Positions 45,472 to 45,990 of a DNA stretch of 45,990 nt are shown piece after piece. How positions within the stretch are numbered: position 1 is the stretch's first letter; each line of letters begins with the position of its first letter. Source of the stretch: Acidimicrobiales bacterium (GTDB lineage: Bacteria > Actinomycetota > Acidimicrobiia > Acidimicrobiales > Salinilacustritrichaceae). The stretch is taken from positions 1-45,990 of the forward strand of contig JBPPNA010000287.1 of assembly GCA_051306355.1 (NCBI GenBank), written 5' to 3'. The position numbers and the translations under genes were made by a program. The notes below the pieces were generated by a model. That model was not told where the DNA came from. It saw nothing but the letters and a program-made list of their open reading frames with translations, and made no database searches.

Positions 45472-45990
45472 GTGCACGGAGGCGCAGAGGGGGAGGTGGT
45501 GTTCGGCACGTGGTGGCGGGGGTGCACCGGCTACGAGGTGTACCTACGGTCGTTCGCTGACAGCGACGGCGACGGGACCGGTGATCTCCCCGGCCTGATC
45601 GCTCGGCTCGACCACCTCGTGGACCTGGGCGTCGAGATCCTGTGGGTCACACCGTTCTACCCGAGCCCCATGGCCGACTTCGGCTACGACGTGGCCGACT
45701 ACTGCGACGTCGATCCCCTCTTCGGCGACCTGCCGGGCTTCGATCGGCTGCTCGCCGACGCCCACGACCTCGGCATCCGGGTGATCGTCGACCTGGTGCC
45801 GAACCACACCTCCGACCAGCACCCCTGGTTCCGGGCGGCCCGTTCGAGCCGGACGGACCCCAAGCGAGACTGGTACGTGTGGCGGGACACCACCAACAAC
45901 TGGCGGCGCTCCTTCGACCTCTCGCAGCCGGCGTGGACGTGGGACGAGGCCACCAGCCAGTGGTACCTCCACCACTTCCTCCCCGAGCAG
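45472..45990 (+). CDS. GH13 alpha-glucosidase/alpha-amylase-family hydrolase, 3'-partial (absent from ORF track)
   Basis: Own translation: WWRGCTGYEVYLRSFADSDGDGTGDLPGLIARLDHLVDLGVEILWVTPFYPSPMADFGYDVADY...DLVPNHTSDQHPWF; runs off the window end; start approximate. Confidence 0.92.
   Translation, partial: MHGGAEGEVVFGTWWRGCTGYEVYLRSFADSDGDGTGDLPGLIARLDHLVDLGVEILWVTPFYPSPMADFGYDVADYCDVDPLFGDLPGFDRLLADAHDLGIRVIVDLVPNHTSDQHPWFRAARSSRTDPKRDWYVWRDTTNNWRRSFDLSQPAWTWDEATSQWYLHHFLPEQ

Overview
A high-GC actinobacterial chromosome segment, most likely class Acidimicrobiia (inferred from gene content and order, not from a search). It is almost entirely conserved housekeeping DNA. In order: PASTA protein (partial), thiolase, topA-MFS-tmk-holB, tRNA-Thr(CGT), beta-propeller lipoprotein, sigH/sigR-rsrA, an unannotated 48-aa membrane protein, zincin, orphan response regulator, then tilS-hpt-ftsH-folE-folP-X-folB-folK-panG-panC-panD-nadB-(MEDS anti-sigma)-nadC-coaX-lysS. 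A minus-strand block follows (two-component system, polyprenyl synthase, ion channel, DUF4015 hydrolase), then clpC, MmcQ, a collapsed usp remnant, lipoprotein, radA-disA, dienelactone hydrolase, crp, ispD-ispF-rlmB, DUF4032 and a partial GH13 glucosidase. I see no mobile element, CRISPR array, prophage or defence island. Best leads for something undescribed: (1) a phosphatase-fold protein lacking the catalytic Cys, coupled between folP and folB, in an operon that has no gene for the dephosphorylation step; (2) a hairpin with two bulged As in front of panG-panC-panD that resembles the pan RNA motif; (3) a 6-TM voltage-gated-type channel with no recognisable selectivity filter; (4) two small ORFs not called as such in the ORF track; (5) several non-coding palindromes and a recurring leaderless-promoter pattern. 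All functional calls come from motif recognition by eye; no database searches were run.
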